The translations under genes and the position numbers were made by a program. From Pseudomonadota bacterium (GTDB lineage: Bacteria > Desulfobacterota > Desulfobacteria > Desulfobacterales > RPRI01), in assembly GCA_043825875.1 (NCBI GenBank), contig JBDRRF010000079.1, positions 1 to 64,000 on the forward strand: a stretch of DNA of 64,000 nucleotides, written 5' to 3'. This document shows positions 27,043-36,800 of this stretch, piece after piece. Numbering within the stretch: position 1 is the first letter of the stretch; every line of letters starts with the position of its first letter. The notes under the pieces were generated by a model. The model was not told the origin of the DNA. It saw only the letters and a program-made list of their open reading frames with translations, and ran no database searches.

Positions 27043-28071
27043 ATGAAAGTTATGAATGATAATCAAAATCGGGCAATGGGCGCAGTAATGGGCACTCTGA
27101 TCGGTGATGCGCTTGGAGTCGGCCCTCACTGGTATTACGATCTTGACCAGTTAAAGAAAGATTACGGGGAATGGATCGACAATTATACTGAACCGAAAGC
27201 AAACAGATACCATGCAGGCCTTAAAGCAGGTGAAAACTCTCAAACCGGCCAGGTGGTAACAATGCTGCTTGAGTCAGTATCAGACTGCGGTGAATACGTG
27301 GAATCGGATTTTACAAACAGACTCGATGATCTTCTTAAAACACTGGACGGCACTCCTTCAAGCGGTAGATACACAGATAAAGTCATGCGTAATGTGTGGG
27401 TTTCCAGGCAAAAAAATGAGCTGGACTGGTCAGAAGCCGGTAGCTTTGGAGACACAGCCGAAGCCGCAATCAGGACACCTGTTTTGGCTGCCCACTATTA
27501 CAGAGATATTAAAAGCCTTATGAATACCTTACGATCAAATGTTTTGCTGACTCACCGCGACCCTTTCATTGCAGGTCAATCGGCTGCTTTCGGTTTAATT
27601 ATAAGCTGCCTTATTGAAGGTAACAATCTGGGAGATGTTTCAAAAATTATTTTCAAAAAAGCCTCCAAGGAAAATATTCACACGGTAATTGAAGTGCCGG
27701 ATCACCATAATGGAAAAAGAGCAGTATCATTCAATGATGCTCTGCTTCAGCCTTCCTGGTCATATAAAGCGGCAAATGATCCGGCTATTAAAATTGAGCC
27801 TGCTCTGGCGGTCTGCCGTCTTTTCGGCCTGGCCTGCACCTTGGGATTTATGCTGCCTGCTGCATATTATTTGGCATCACGTTTTGAAAATGATTTTTAT
27901 AAAGCCGTTATGTCAGCACTAAACGGCGGGGGGAATAACATGGCACGTGCCGCCCTAACCGGGGCTTTGGTAGGTGCACAGGTCGGTCTTGACGGAATAC
28001 CGAAAAACCTCATCAAAGGCCTTTTCGATCATGAACGTTTGCTGAATATGGCGGAAAAGATTACTGCGTAG
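27043..28071 (+). CDS. ADP-ribosylglycohydrolase-family protein
   Basis: GTLIGDALG, LTH, ALNGGGNNMARAALTGALVGA..GIP. Confidence 0.85.
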   Translation: MKVMNDNQNRAMGAVMGTLIGDALGVGPHWYYDLDQLKKDYGEWIDNYTEPKANRYHAGLKAGENSQTGQVVTMLLESVSDCGEYVESDFTNRLDDLLKTLDGTPSSGRYTDKVMRNVWVSRQKNELDWSEAGSFGDTAEAAIRTPVLAAHYYRDIKSLMNTLRSNVLLTHRDPFIAGQSAAFGLIISCLIEGNNLGDVSKIIFKKASKENIHTVIEVPDHHNGKRAVSFNDALLQPSWSYKAANDPAIKIEPALAVCRLFGLACTLGFMLPAAYYLASRFENDFYKAVMSALNGGGNNMARAALTGALVGAQVGLDGIPKNLIKGLFDHERLLNMAEKITA

Positions 28072-28092
28072 GATTAGGTCTGGAAAAACCAT

Positions 28093-28130
28093 AAAAAAAG
28101 GGCTGCGGGAAAACCGCGCCCTATTGTTTT
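28093..28130. terminator. bidirectional intrinsic terminator
   Basis: A-tract, AGGGCTGCGG-gaaaa-CCGCGCCCT hairpin, T-tract, between the convergent ADP-ribosylglycohydrolase gene and tRNA. Confidence 0.75.
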
Positions 28131-28133
28131 TGC

Positions 28134-28210
<77 letters not shown>

Positions 28211-28270
28211 ACAAGTTTTATCCATTTAACACTTCGATATCGGCATGTCAATATATGAATAATTCAATAT

Positions 28271-28418
28271 CAGGGTAACCGAATTTGAGATTAATATGAT
28301 CAACCTAATTTAACAAAAGTAAATCCATGCGAATTCTGTCTTTATAAAGAATACCTGCCACTCCAAATTCCCCTTTCAAAAGTGGGAATTCGGAGTAATT
28401 GCAAATGCGATTACCCTA
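28271..28418. repeat. MITE-like element
   Basis: CAGGGTAACCGAATTTG/CAAATGCGATTACCCTA termini, internal hairpin actccaaattccc..gggaattcggagt. Confidence 0.65.
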
Positions 28419-28555
28419 AATCCAAAATCACTATAACCCTCTCCGCATCTGTGCATTGTTTATTCAGCAAAATAAAATAACGGAAATCTTGTATTTGAAC
28501 TAAAAATTAAGATAATAAAGAGCCAGTTTGTAAAATATACATTAAAAGGAACCAG

Positions 28556-29392
28556 ATGGTTACAATTAATTCTATGGATAAAACTGCGCCGGGCAGTGTT
28601 TATCTTTGCCAGGTAAATGAGAATGTTTCCTGCGGTGCATGTTGCGGATTATATAATATTGCCGATCTGTCTTTTGAAAAATTGAGCAAAATGCTTTCGG
28701 ACAGAACTGAAGCATTCTTAATAATTGCACGCGAAATTGATGCTATTATTGAATTTGGGGAAAATATACTGGCTGCGGAAAAGAAACAAAGACCGTTTCC
28801 TGAATTTTATCATTGCCCGTATATCGGATTTATCGGAAAAAACAAAACGCGTGTTGGATGTCTTTTGCATCCAGCGGCAGAAGGGAACAATGGGATTGAT
28901 TACCGGGGGCTTAGCTACTATGGCAGTATGACTTGTAATATTTACTTTTGCCCGACATACACTATAGTTCCCGATAATTTTAAACAAATAATCCGCTGTG
29001 CTTCTATGGGCTGGTACTCTTATGGACTGATCATAACCGAAAGCATACTTATAAACGCTTTTTTATCCGAGGCAGAAAAACTCATCAAAAGAAAAATTAA
29101 TGAAGAAGATATCAGAAAGAATCCGTGCTTTGCCGAAGCAATAAGAGATTTTATAAATCTTAAACTATCCTGGCCATTCAGGCCGGCATCTGACACACCA
29201 GCCAATTATTTTTTTAAAGACAAGCTTTATGCAAAAAAGAATGTTGATTATTCCAGAATCAGCACCCGCTCTCCTGCTTCCAGTTTTGATATGATTTTTA
29301 GGGAACTCGGTTCATCTTTTAAATCGGATAAAGAAATCAGGGAAGCCGAAATAATAATAGAATCGCTTTTGGGAAAGATCGCAAAACGATAA
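28556..29392 (+). CDS. Cys-rich hypothetical protein
   Basis: LC..VSCGACCGLYN..CPYIGF..VGCLLHP..TC..YFCP; AAAGGA RBS. Confidence 0.8.
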   Translation: MVTINSMDKTAPGSVYLCQVNENVSCGACCGLYNIADLSFEKLSKMLSDRTEAFLIIAREIDAIIEFGENILAAEKKQRPFPEFYHCPYIGFIGKNKTRVGCLLHPAAEGNNGIDYRGLSYYGSMTCNIYFCPTYTIVPDNFKQIIRCASMGWYSYGLIITESILINAFLSEAEKLIKRKINEEDIRKNPCFAEAIRDFINLKLSWPFRPASDTPANYFFKDKLYAKKNVDYSRISTRSPASSFDMIFRELGSSFKSDKEIREAEIIIESLLGKIAKR

Positions 29393-29431
29393 TTTATAAT
29401 GGATTATATCTTACTATATTTACATATAAAT

Positions 29432-30403
29432 ATGATTAACAAGTTATTTAAAAAAGTAATAAGTACTTTTTTGTTATCTATTGTTGCATTATTCTTGTTC
29501 ACATCATGTTTCAACAAGACACATAATATAAAATACTTAACGAATAAACATTCCGTACCACTTATTACTTTTGTCTTTGATGATGGGAACGATACAGATT
29601 ACCTTGTTGCCAAAGATATTTTTGGAGTAAAAGGTGAAGTAGCTTGTTCAGCTATTGTTACTGACTGGATAAATACTAAAAACTACTTAACGGTTTCACA
29701 ACTCCAGGAACTCCAGGATGATGGTTGGGAAATACTGAGCCATACAAAGTCTCATCCCAAACTAACAACACTTTCAGAAAAACAAATTAATGATGAATTG
29801 TATCAATCGAAAGTAGTTCTTGAACAACTTGGATTAAAGGTGAATAATCTAGTATATCCATACAACAAATATAATGATGATGTCATAAAAATTGCCGTAA
29901 AATATTACAGGTCAGTCAGAGGCGGACATAAAATAAAATATATAACTATTCCTGAACAATACCAATTAGTGTCTTATGCAAATAAACATACATTCAACAA
30001 AATAAAGGGCATTATTGATAATGCATCTTCTGAAAAACAATGGCTAATATTATTTCATCACAGAATTGATGCACGAATAAAATATTTTAATAAAAAAGGT
30101 AGATATTTACCGGAAGAGATATTATGTTTTGAACCTTCAGGTGCTACAGGAAAATTTATCAAGGAAAATGGTATTGCAATTCTTTTCGTTCCTCTATCCG
30201 GTACCCCATTGATAAACGATACTGTAACCGGCCGTAATAGTGGAACTACCTCTGTTTTATCTAAAGTAGATTATAATGACAGGGAAAGTATAGCCGAGCT
30301 GATAGAATATATTCATACCAATCACCCGGATATGCGGTTTGTTACAATTAATGAGGCACTAGATATTACTATTGCATCTTTAAACCCGCACCTTCAGAGG
30401 TAA
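29432..30403 (+). CDS. polysaccharide deacetylase (CE4/NodB) lipoprotein
   Basis: lipobox LFTSC, TFVFDDG, EILSHTKSH, VYPY, ILFHH; start approximate. Confidence 0.85.
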   Translation: MINKLFKKVISTFLLSIVALFLFTSCFNKTHNIKYLTNKHSVPLITFVFDDGNDTDYLVAKDIFGVKGEVACSAIVTDWINTKNYLTVSQLQELQDDGWEILSHTKSHPKLTTLSEKQINDELYQSKVVLEQLGLKVNNLVYPYNKYNDDVIKIAVKYYRSVRGGHKIKYITIPEQYQLVSYANKHTFNKIKGIIDNASSEKQWLILFHHRIDARIKYFNKKGRYLPEEILCFEPSGATGKFIKENGIAILFVPLSGTPLINDTVTGRNSGTTSVLSKVDYNDRESIAELIEYIHTNHPDMRFVTINEALDITIASLNPHLQR

Positions 30404-30422
30404 AAATATACAACTCATGACT

Positions 30423-31856
30423 TTATCTTTTCAACTTTCCGCTTGCAGTCTTTTCAAGTGTTTTTACAGGAATTATGTTTTTAGGGACCTTATATGAAGG
30501 AAGATGATTATAACAGAATCTGCGTATCTCATTTGTATCAAAATCAGAATTCATATCATCTTTAAGTATAATCTTAGCAAAGGGAAGCTCACCGAATCGT
30601 GGATTTGGGACCCCATAGACAAGAGATTCCCTGACCGCAGGATGGCGGTTTAAAACCGATTCCACCTCTTCGGGAAATATTTTCATGCCGGTAAAATTTA
30701 TAACATTTTTATCTCTTCCCGATATAGTCAGAAAGCCTTCATTATCAATACTTCCAAGATCTCCCGTTTTAAACCACCCGTTTAATAAAACATCTTTTCT
30801 GTTTTTCCACGGGGAAAAATAGGCATCAAACATTCCTTTGCCTTTTATAAAAAGCTCACCCACCCCATGTTCGTCCTGATTTTCGATTTTTATTTCATAA
30901 TCCGGCAGAACCTTTCCTGTAGAACCTCTTTTTTCTGATAGACCTTCAAAATTAACAAAGGGAAGCCCTACTTCAATAATACCGTAAGCTTCACAAAGTT
31001 CATATCCGAACTTGTTATAAAATTCCGATGCTGTTGACTGCGGTAATTTCATAGCAGTCGATACCGCAATGCGAATGTCTGATAACTGATCAGCTGGCAG
31101 ATCATCAGAATTTGAAAGCAGATGATAATGGAAAGGGGATGCATAAATAAAAGTTGGTTTAGTATTTTTTATGCTTTCAATAAAGGATTCAGGAAAAGAA
31201 CTTCCGCTTAAAACAATGGTTGAAGCTCGTCTTAAAAAAAGAAGAATTGTTACTACAAAGTGGTAGCTCATGGAAAGAACCCATATAACAACATCATTAT
31301 AATTCATGCAAAGAGCTTTGTCTGCTGCATCCGTTCTTTCAATTATTGATTCGTGGGAAAGCAGAACTCCTTTGCTTTCGCCTGTTGTACCAGATGAGAA
31401 TCTAATAAAGGCAGGATTTACAGTATAGTAATCTTTATTAACATGCTCTTTAGCATTTCTGCTGTGTATAAAAATCTGCCGGGCATTATCAAACCCGGAA
31501 TAAAAAAAACTGGCATCTTTTGTGGAATAAGCAGATTTGTCAAAAATCAGATAATTAACATCAATCTTTTTTAAAACAGCATCTGCTTCATCCCATGAAA
31601 GAGATGGCGATATAGGAACAACAACCGCTCTTACAGAAAGTATCGCAAGACTGATAATAATATAATCAATGCAGTCATTGCAAAGCATTGCAACTCTATG
31701 CAAAGGTTTTATGCCGTAATCTTTTAAGTTTAAAGCCAGATTGTCCGCACTATCAATAAGATCCTTATAAGATATATTACGATCACCTTCTATCACGGCA
31801 ATTTTGCTTTGGTGTCCGGCTGTTTCTTTTTTTATTGTTTCAAAGATATTTACCAT
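30423..31856 (-). CDS. AMP-dependent acyl-CoA/acyl-ACP ligase
   Basis: FSSGTTGESKG, YGIIE, TGDLG, GRDK, KTASGKLKR. Confidence 0.92.
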   Translation of the reverse strand: MVNIFETIKKETAGHQSKIAVIEGDRNISYKDLIDSADNLALNLKDYGIKPLHRVAMLCNDCIDYIIISLAILSVRAVVVPISPSLSWDEADAVLKKIDVNYLIFDKSAYSTKDASFFYSGFDNARQIFIHSRNAKEHVNKDYYTVNPAFIRFSSGTTGESKGVLLSHESIIERTDAADKALCMNYNDVVIWVLSMSYHFVVTILLFLRRASTIVLSGSSFPESFIESIKNTKPTFIYASPFHYHLLSNSDDLPADQLSDIRIAVSTAMKLPQSTASEFYNKFGYELCEAYGIIEVGLPFVNFEGLSEKRGSTGKVLPDYEIKIENQDEHGVGELFIKGKGMFDAYFSPWKNRKDVLLNGWFKTGDLGSIDNEGFLTISGRDKNVINFTGMKIFPEEVESVLNRHPAVRESLVYGVPNPRFGELPFAKIILKDDMNSDFDTNEIRRFCYNHLPSYKVPKNIIPVKTLEKTASGKLKR

Positions 31857-33283
31857 CTTTTATCCGTCAAATAATCTTTATAAATGTTATATAAGGAGAA
31901 AATATACTTTGTGCCTCCTGTGATGGCTCTGTATAGATCCTTTTTTGGAATTTTTATTTTATTAACTCTGATGGGATTTGCACGTAATGCAAGGCTGTTT
32001 AACCTCCCAAAGTGTTGATAAAAGCGTTTCAATGGAAGCCGTGTCGGAAGTACGGAATGCATACAATCGTAGAAACGGTAAGGATCACAAATAAATTTAT
32101 TTTTATTGTCATACCATGACTTAGTGCCTGGTGAAGGCGATAGAACAGTAAAAGTAACTTCAGCCGGACATAAGTTTTTAACTTCTTTTTCAAGCCGCTT
32201 AAAATCATCAGAAGTAAATTCAGGATGAACTATAAATGCCGCATGAAGCGTTATTCCGATTTGTCTTAAAAGTTCGATTGCCTTCCTGTTTGTATCAACA
32301 TCTGTCCGTTTTGAATACTCGTCCAAACGTTTTTTATCCATAGATTCAAGCCCCACATAAACTAATTCAAGACCTGCTTTTTTCCAAAGTTCAATGACTT
32401 CAGGATATTTGATTATAGTATCACTTCTTGCCCAGCTTATATATTTCTTTTTAATACCACGCTCTATAAGAAGTTCGGCAATTTTAGTAACTCTTTCAGG
32501 ATTTAAAAACATTTCATCATCAACAAAATAAATATGCTCTTCCAAAATGCCTGCTATCTCATCTGCAACATCTTCCGGACTTCGCTGTAAGTATTTACCA
32601 TGCATAAGAAAGGGAATAACACAGAAAGAGCAGGCAAAAGCACAGCCAACAGATGTCCTGATACTCGCAACTCTTGGAAACATAGTATCAAGCTTTTTAG
32701 ATTGGCTTGATGTCCATACACAAAAGTATTTTGATCTTTGAACAAGATCTCTTCTGGGACGGGGTATATGTTCAACAGATGGATAAACCGGAGGCGGAAG
32801 ATTAGCTTTTATCTTAAATTCAGGATCTTTCGGAGATAAAGCATGATTATCATAATGCAATGTTTCACCTTTTTTAAAACGGGCAAGCATTTCTTTTAAA
32901 ACCGTTCCACCCTCTCCTCTTACTATAATATCTATCTCTTTTACAGCATAATCATCGGGAAGAAGTGTAGCATGAACTCCTCCTACAAAAGTTATAGTGT
33001 ATGGATCATGGCTTCTAACTGTTTTTGCAAGGCTTTTTACAACATCTAAGTTTGTACTGTATCCAGTAATACCAACCATATCCGGTGAGATAGAAACCAG
33101 CTTGCTCCAAAAAACTTCAAGCGGATTGTGCTCTATACTCAGATCCAGAATAAATACTTCATCTTCTGCCGGAACCCCGCCTGCAACTATTTCAAGCTCA
33201 AGAGGTTCAAGATGCAAAAAACCTTCCTGAAGACGCTTTGCAACCAAAAGCTCTGTATAAGGTTTTACAAGCAGTATTTTCAT
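31850..33283 (-). CDS. B12-binding radical SAM protein
   Basis: EPLELE, GGVHAT, GEGG, GCAFACSFC, FVDDE, GLES. Confidence 0.92.
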   Translation of the reverse strand: MKILLVKPYTELLVAKRLQEGFLHLEPLELEIVAGGVPAEDEVFILDLSIEHNPLEVFWSKLVSISPDMVGITGYSTNLDVVKSLAKTVRSHDPYTITFVGGVHATLLPDDYAVKEIDIIVRGEGGTVLKEMLARFKKGETLHYDNHALSPKDPEFKIKANLPPPVYPSVEHIPRPRRDLVQRSKYFCVWTSSQSKKLDTMFPRVASIRTSVGCAFACSFCVIPFLMHGKYLQRSPEDVADEIAGILEEHIYFVDDEMFLNPERVTKIAELLIERGIKKKYISWARSDTIIKYPEVIELWKKAGLELVYVGLESMDKKRLDEYSKRTDVDTNRKAIELLRQIGITLHAAFIVHPEFTSDDFKRLEKEVKNLCPAEVTFTVLSPSPGTKSWYDNKNKFICDPYRFYDCMHSVLPTRLPLKRFYQHFGRLNSLALRANPIRVNKIKIPKKDLYRAITGGTKYIFSLYNIYKDYLTDKRW

Positions 33284-34467
33284 AAATTTTTCCCTGACAA
33301 GTCATTAACAGCCGCAAGCCCGGCTTGTTCGCCGGTTGATATGCATGTCCCCATAACCCTTGCTGATCCGAGAGCCTCATGTGATACGGAAATACAGCGC
33401 CCTGCTCCATACAGGTTTTTAATATTTATGGATTTTAAGCACCTCAAAGGAATTTCATAATAATCGCCGGTTTTAATATACTGATAAGTTGGCCCTTTAT
33501 CCTGATCCCATAATTCTATAGGCCAGGCATTTTTTATTACACCATCAGGAAATTTTCTTGCAGAAAGCACATCTTCTTTTGTAAGCATATATTGTCCAAC
33601 CATCCGCAATCCTTCACGTTCGACAATTTCAGAAGACATTTCTGCTATATAAGAGTTTTTAAATGAAACAATTGAATCAGAAATAATATCATGAACTTTA
33701 GCAGCAAGCTTTTGGATATCCTGTGTTTCTTCAAAACCACTTTTAAGAGGAATATTTATAAGACAAAAGCCTTCATCATCATTATTTCCGGAATAATATT
33801 TTGTGTACTTTAAATAAGGGGGAAGTTTCTTTTCGTTTACTTCACGAAATATGTAATAAGGTACTTTTATTGAAATTTCTTCGGATTGGTTTTTTATTCC
33901 TTTAATTTTGAAGCAAAATCCCGCAAGCTGGCGCTTATCAGAAGTTGATATTTCACAATTTGCACCACTTAAACGGATTACTTCTCCATCACCGCTACAG
34001 TCAATAACAACTTGCGGAAAAATCTTTATCTCTTCGTTAAGTTGTTTTGCTATTGCACACTTTATGTCGCTTTGATCAGTTATTACCAAATTAATTTTCG
34101 TTTCATAAAAAACTTTTAGACCTGTTTGTTTTTCAGTTAAAAGCTTAAAAACTTTTACAAGATTTTTTGTAACAAAAGGGAAAACATAAACTTTTCCAAT
34201 CCTGATTGCTTTTGTTCCAGGGGAAAGTTTTTCAAGTTCAATGCATATTTCTTCTGCGATTCCTCCGTTTAATGTAGCCGCCGGAGCATGTAAATCCGAA
34301 GGATACAGGCCACAGATATATTTGTGCATAGCATTAACAGGAATTCCACCAGGAAAGTTATCTTTTTCGATAAGGAGTGTATTTGCCCCTTCACGGGCAG
34401 CCTTGATAGCAGCAGAAATGCCGGCCACACCTGCCCCAACAACAAGAATATCACAGGAAATTGCCAT
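33280..34467 (-). CDS. FAD-dependent oxidoreductase
   Basis: VGAGVAG, IDCSGDG, IPLRCL, AGRCIS, RVMGTC..GEQAG. Confidence 0.88.
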   Translation of the reverse strand: MAISCDILVVGAGVAGISAAIKAAREGANTLLIEKDNFPGGIPVNAMHKYICGLYPSDLHAPAATLNGGIAEEICIELEKLSPGTKAIRIGKVYVFPFVTKNLVKVFKLLTEKQTGLKVFYETKINLVITDQSDIKCAIAKQLNEEIKIFPQVVIDCSGDGEVIRLSGANCEISTSDKRQLAGFCFKIKGIKNQSEEISIKVPYYIFREVNEKKLPPYLKYTKYYSGNNDDEGFCLINIPLKSGFEETQDIQKLAAKVHDIISDSIVSFKNSYIAEMSSEIVEREGLRMVGQYMLTKEDVLSARKFPDGVIKNAWPIELWDQDKGPTYQYIKTGDYYEIPLRCLKSINIKNLYGAGRCISVSHEALGSARVMGTCISTGEQAGLAAVNDLSGKNL

Positions 34468-34470
34468 TGC

Positions 34471-35790
34471 TTATTTTACACCAAGCATGGATCTTAGTAA
34501 ATTCATTATCTCTTCTGCTTCATCGTTTTTCAATATGCCGTCTATGTAAGAAAGTATTATATTCAGCCTTTCATTTGACCGTTGAAAAAATATGCCGATG
34601 CCGGGTGGAATCGGAACTCTTGGCATATGAAACAGGTTAAGCACTTTGCTCGCCATAAAATCATCAGATGTATATATAGCTTCTCCAAGATAAGAAAAGC
34701 TAAAAGAGGCAACCTCTCCTTTTAAATATATTTTCATAAGCCTGCCAAGAAGAAAAAGCGGTGCTATTCTCATCAATAGACTTGCCTTGCATAAATCACC
34801 GGGAAGATCTTCTTTAACTTGATTATACATTTGCTCTTTAATTGAGTTAAGCAAACCGGGGAAATTTTCGGCAAGATCGGCTTTAATCTTGAAAATGAAA
34901 AAAGAAACATTATTAAAAAATTCACTTTTTTGTTCTTTTGCCTGTTTTTTTATATTAACTGAAACAGGAATTACATAGTCACCGGATGTAATTGATCGAT
35001 TTATAAATATCTTATTAAAGCAATAAACCGACACCGCCAGAGCGTATGGCATCAGCATAAGATAACCGGCTTCATTAAATGCTTTTTCAGCAATTTCATC
35101 AGCAGTTTGTTTATCAAAGGATAAAATTTTAAATTTAAAGCCGTTTTTTGAGGCAGGCAGAGGAAACACACGCGGAGGAATTTTGTCTGCTATTTTAAGA
35201 AATGCCCGATTCACACGCTGACCTGCCAAAAATTTTTGTTTCCACAAACTAAGATGGGGCGGCTCCGGGATAATATTGCTATCCGGATATTTTGCATCTA
35301 TCCATTGTTTTTGAAACAATTGGATAAATGCTTCAGCATTTGCTGCATCAAAAATCAGATGATCAAATCTCATCGCAATATAGCTTTTGTTTTCAGAATT
35401 GATCAAAGAAAATGCTAAATGATGCCTTTTGTCTTGAAACGCAGTATTTATCTTTTTTTCAAGAAACTCTATGATATTTTCAAAACCATCATCATATCCG
35501 GCCGTAATGAAATCAAACAGTACTTCTGTCTTTTTTAAAGCCGGGATTTTCCAGTAAGGAGCAAGGTTAATATCCCTTGAAGCATAACCATATAATACAG
35601 GATATTTTTTTATAAAAGCATTTAGACTTTTAAAAAGCTCATCAACATTTACTTTGCCAACTACCTCTATAACTATCTGAGACATAAAGCCTGCGCCGGT
35701 TTCTTTCAATGTCATGTAATTTAATACATGAATAATCCAGTCGATTCCGGTTAAATAACGCTTGGTTTTGGAATATGGCAAAGATAACAT
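34471..35790 (-). CDS. condensation-domain/CoA-dependent acyltransferase-fold protein
   Basis: FDHLIFDA (HxxxD), IPVSVN, FFNN, FSFSYLG. Confidence 0.65.
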   Translation of the reverse strand: MLSLPYSKTKRYLTGIDWIIHVLNYMTLKETGAGFMSQIVIEVVGKVNVDELFKSLNAFIKKYPVLYGYASRDINLAPYWKIPALKKTEVLFDFITAGYDDGFENIIEFLEKKINTAFQDKRHHLAFSLINSENKSYIAMRFDHLIFDAANAEAFIQLFQKQWIDAKYPDSNIIPEPPHLSLWKQKFLAGQRVNRAFLKIADKIPPRVFPLPASKNGFKFKILSFDKQTADEIAEKAFNEAGYLMLMPYALAVSVYCFNKIFINRSITSGDYVIPVSVNIKKQAKEQKSEFFNNVSFFIFKIKADLAENFPGLLNSIKEQMYNQVKEDLPGDLCKASLLMRIAPLFLLGRLMKIYLKGEVASFSFSYLGEAIYTSDDFMASKVLNLFHMPRVPIPPGIGIFFQRSNERLNIILSYIDGILKNDEAEEIMNLLRSMLGVK

Positions 35791-35795
35791 TTAAG

Positions 35796-36047
35796 TTAAA
35801 TTAATTCTTTTATTTTCAAAGAAAGAGCCTTGATAGTCTTAAAATCGTTTTTGGTTAATCCGGATTCCATCAGCTTGATATTGAATTTATTTTCCATAAT
35901 AACAAGAAGCTCAACAAAACCGAGAGAATCAAGACCCATCTCATGTAAAGGGGTTTCAGGATCAATTGCGCCAATATCTTGCGATAAAATTGCTGCGATC
36001 TCAAGTTTTAGCGCTTCTTCGATAACTTTATATTTTTCTTTGTCCAT
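35796..36047 (-). CDS. acyl carrier protein
   Basis: MGLDSLGFVEL. Confidence 0.92.
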   Translation of the reverse strand: MDKEKYKVIEEALKLEIAAILSQDIGAIDPETPLHEMGLDSLGFVELLVIMENKFNIKLMESGLTKNDFKTIKALSLKIKELI

Positions 36048-36070
36048 ATCAATAATTCTTCCAGACTTTT

Positions 36071-36790
36071 TTATTCTTCATCAATGTCATCATCTTCATC
36101 AGCAGCATCAGCATCTTTTGTATTAGGTTGTTTCTTCTGCTTTTTTGCTTTTAGTTCATCTTTTTTTACGCCACCGATTTTTTTAACATCAGGTTTGATA
36201 AATCCAGGGTGTGGAATAGGCCCTATAGTCTCTATTTTAAAAACTTTATCATTTTTGAAAAACACATTAACCTTATGCATGCGCGCATACCAATAGCGCC
36301 AGGCATCACTTGATAATTGGGGTGTTTTATGGGTAGGAGGATATCCATAGGCCATTATAACCGCCTTCTTGCTCATGCCTATAGTAATAATACCTTTTTT
36401 AATATTTTCGATATCGGCTACAGATGCCTTATTATAATCACCGGCACTGAGGTTAATCTGTTTTAAAGAAAAATACCTGTTAAACAGTTTATCAGTACTT
36501 ATAGTACTTGTATTTTTTTGGTTTATAATTGTAAAAAGCTGCCCGCTTCCTTCAGGGGTAAATTGAATTTTGTGGTCTTTTATGCTGTGGATTTTAGCTT
36601 TTGTTCCTATAGGTAAAATATTACCCCTGTGATAATTTGTCGATAAGATCCTGTTGGGTCTTTCATACCAGATATTTACTTTTGTATAATAAGTTTTTCC
36701 TTCAAAGCCTGCTGCAAACAATGAGGAGTAAGTAAAAATTAAAAAAATCCCAAGAATAAGGCCTGCTAGATATTTTCTTTTTACATTCAT
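36071..36790 (-). CDS. exported hypothetical protein with BamE/SmpA-like region
   Basis: signal peptide; IGMSKKAVIMAYGYPP..WRYW..FFKNDKV; acidic tail. Confidence 0.65.
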   Translation of the reverse strand: MNVKRKYLAGLILGIFLIFTYSSLFAAGFEGKTYYTKVNIWYERPNRILSTNYHRGNILPIGTKAKIHSIKDHKIQFTPEGSGQLFTIINQKNTSTISTDKLFNRYFSLKQINLSAGDYNKASVADIENIKKGIITIGMSKKAVIMAYGYPPTHKTPQLSSDAWRYWYARMHKVNVFFKNDKVFKIETIGPIPHPGFIKPDVKKIGGVKKDELKAKKQKKQPNTKDADAADEDDDIDEE

Positions 36791-36800
36791 GGCATCTCCT

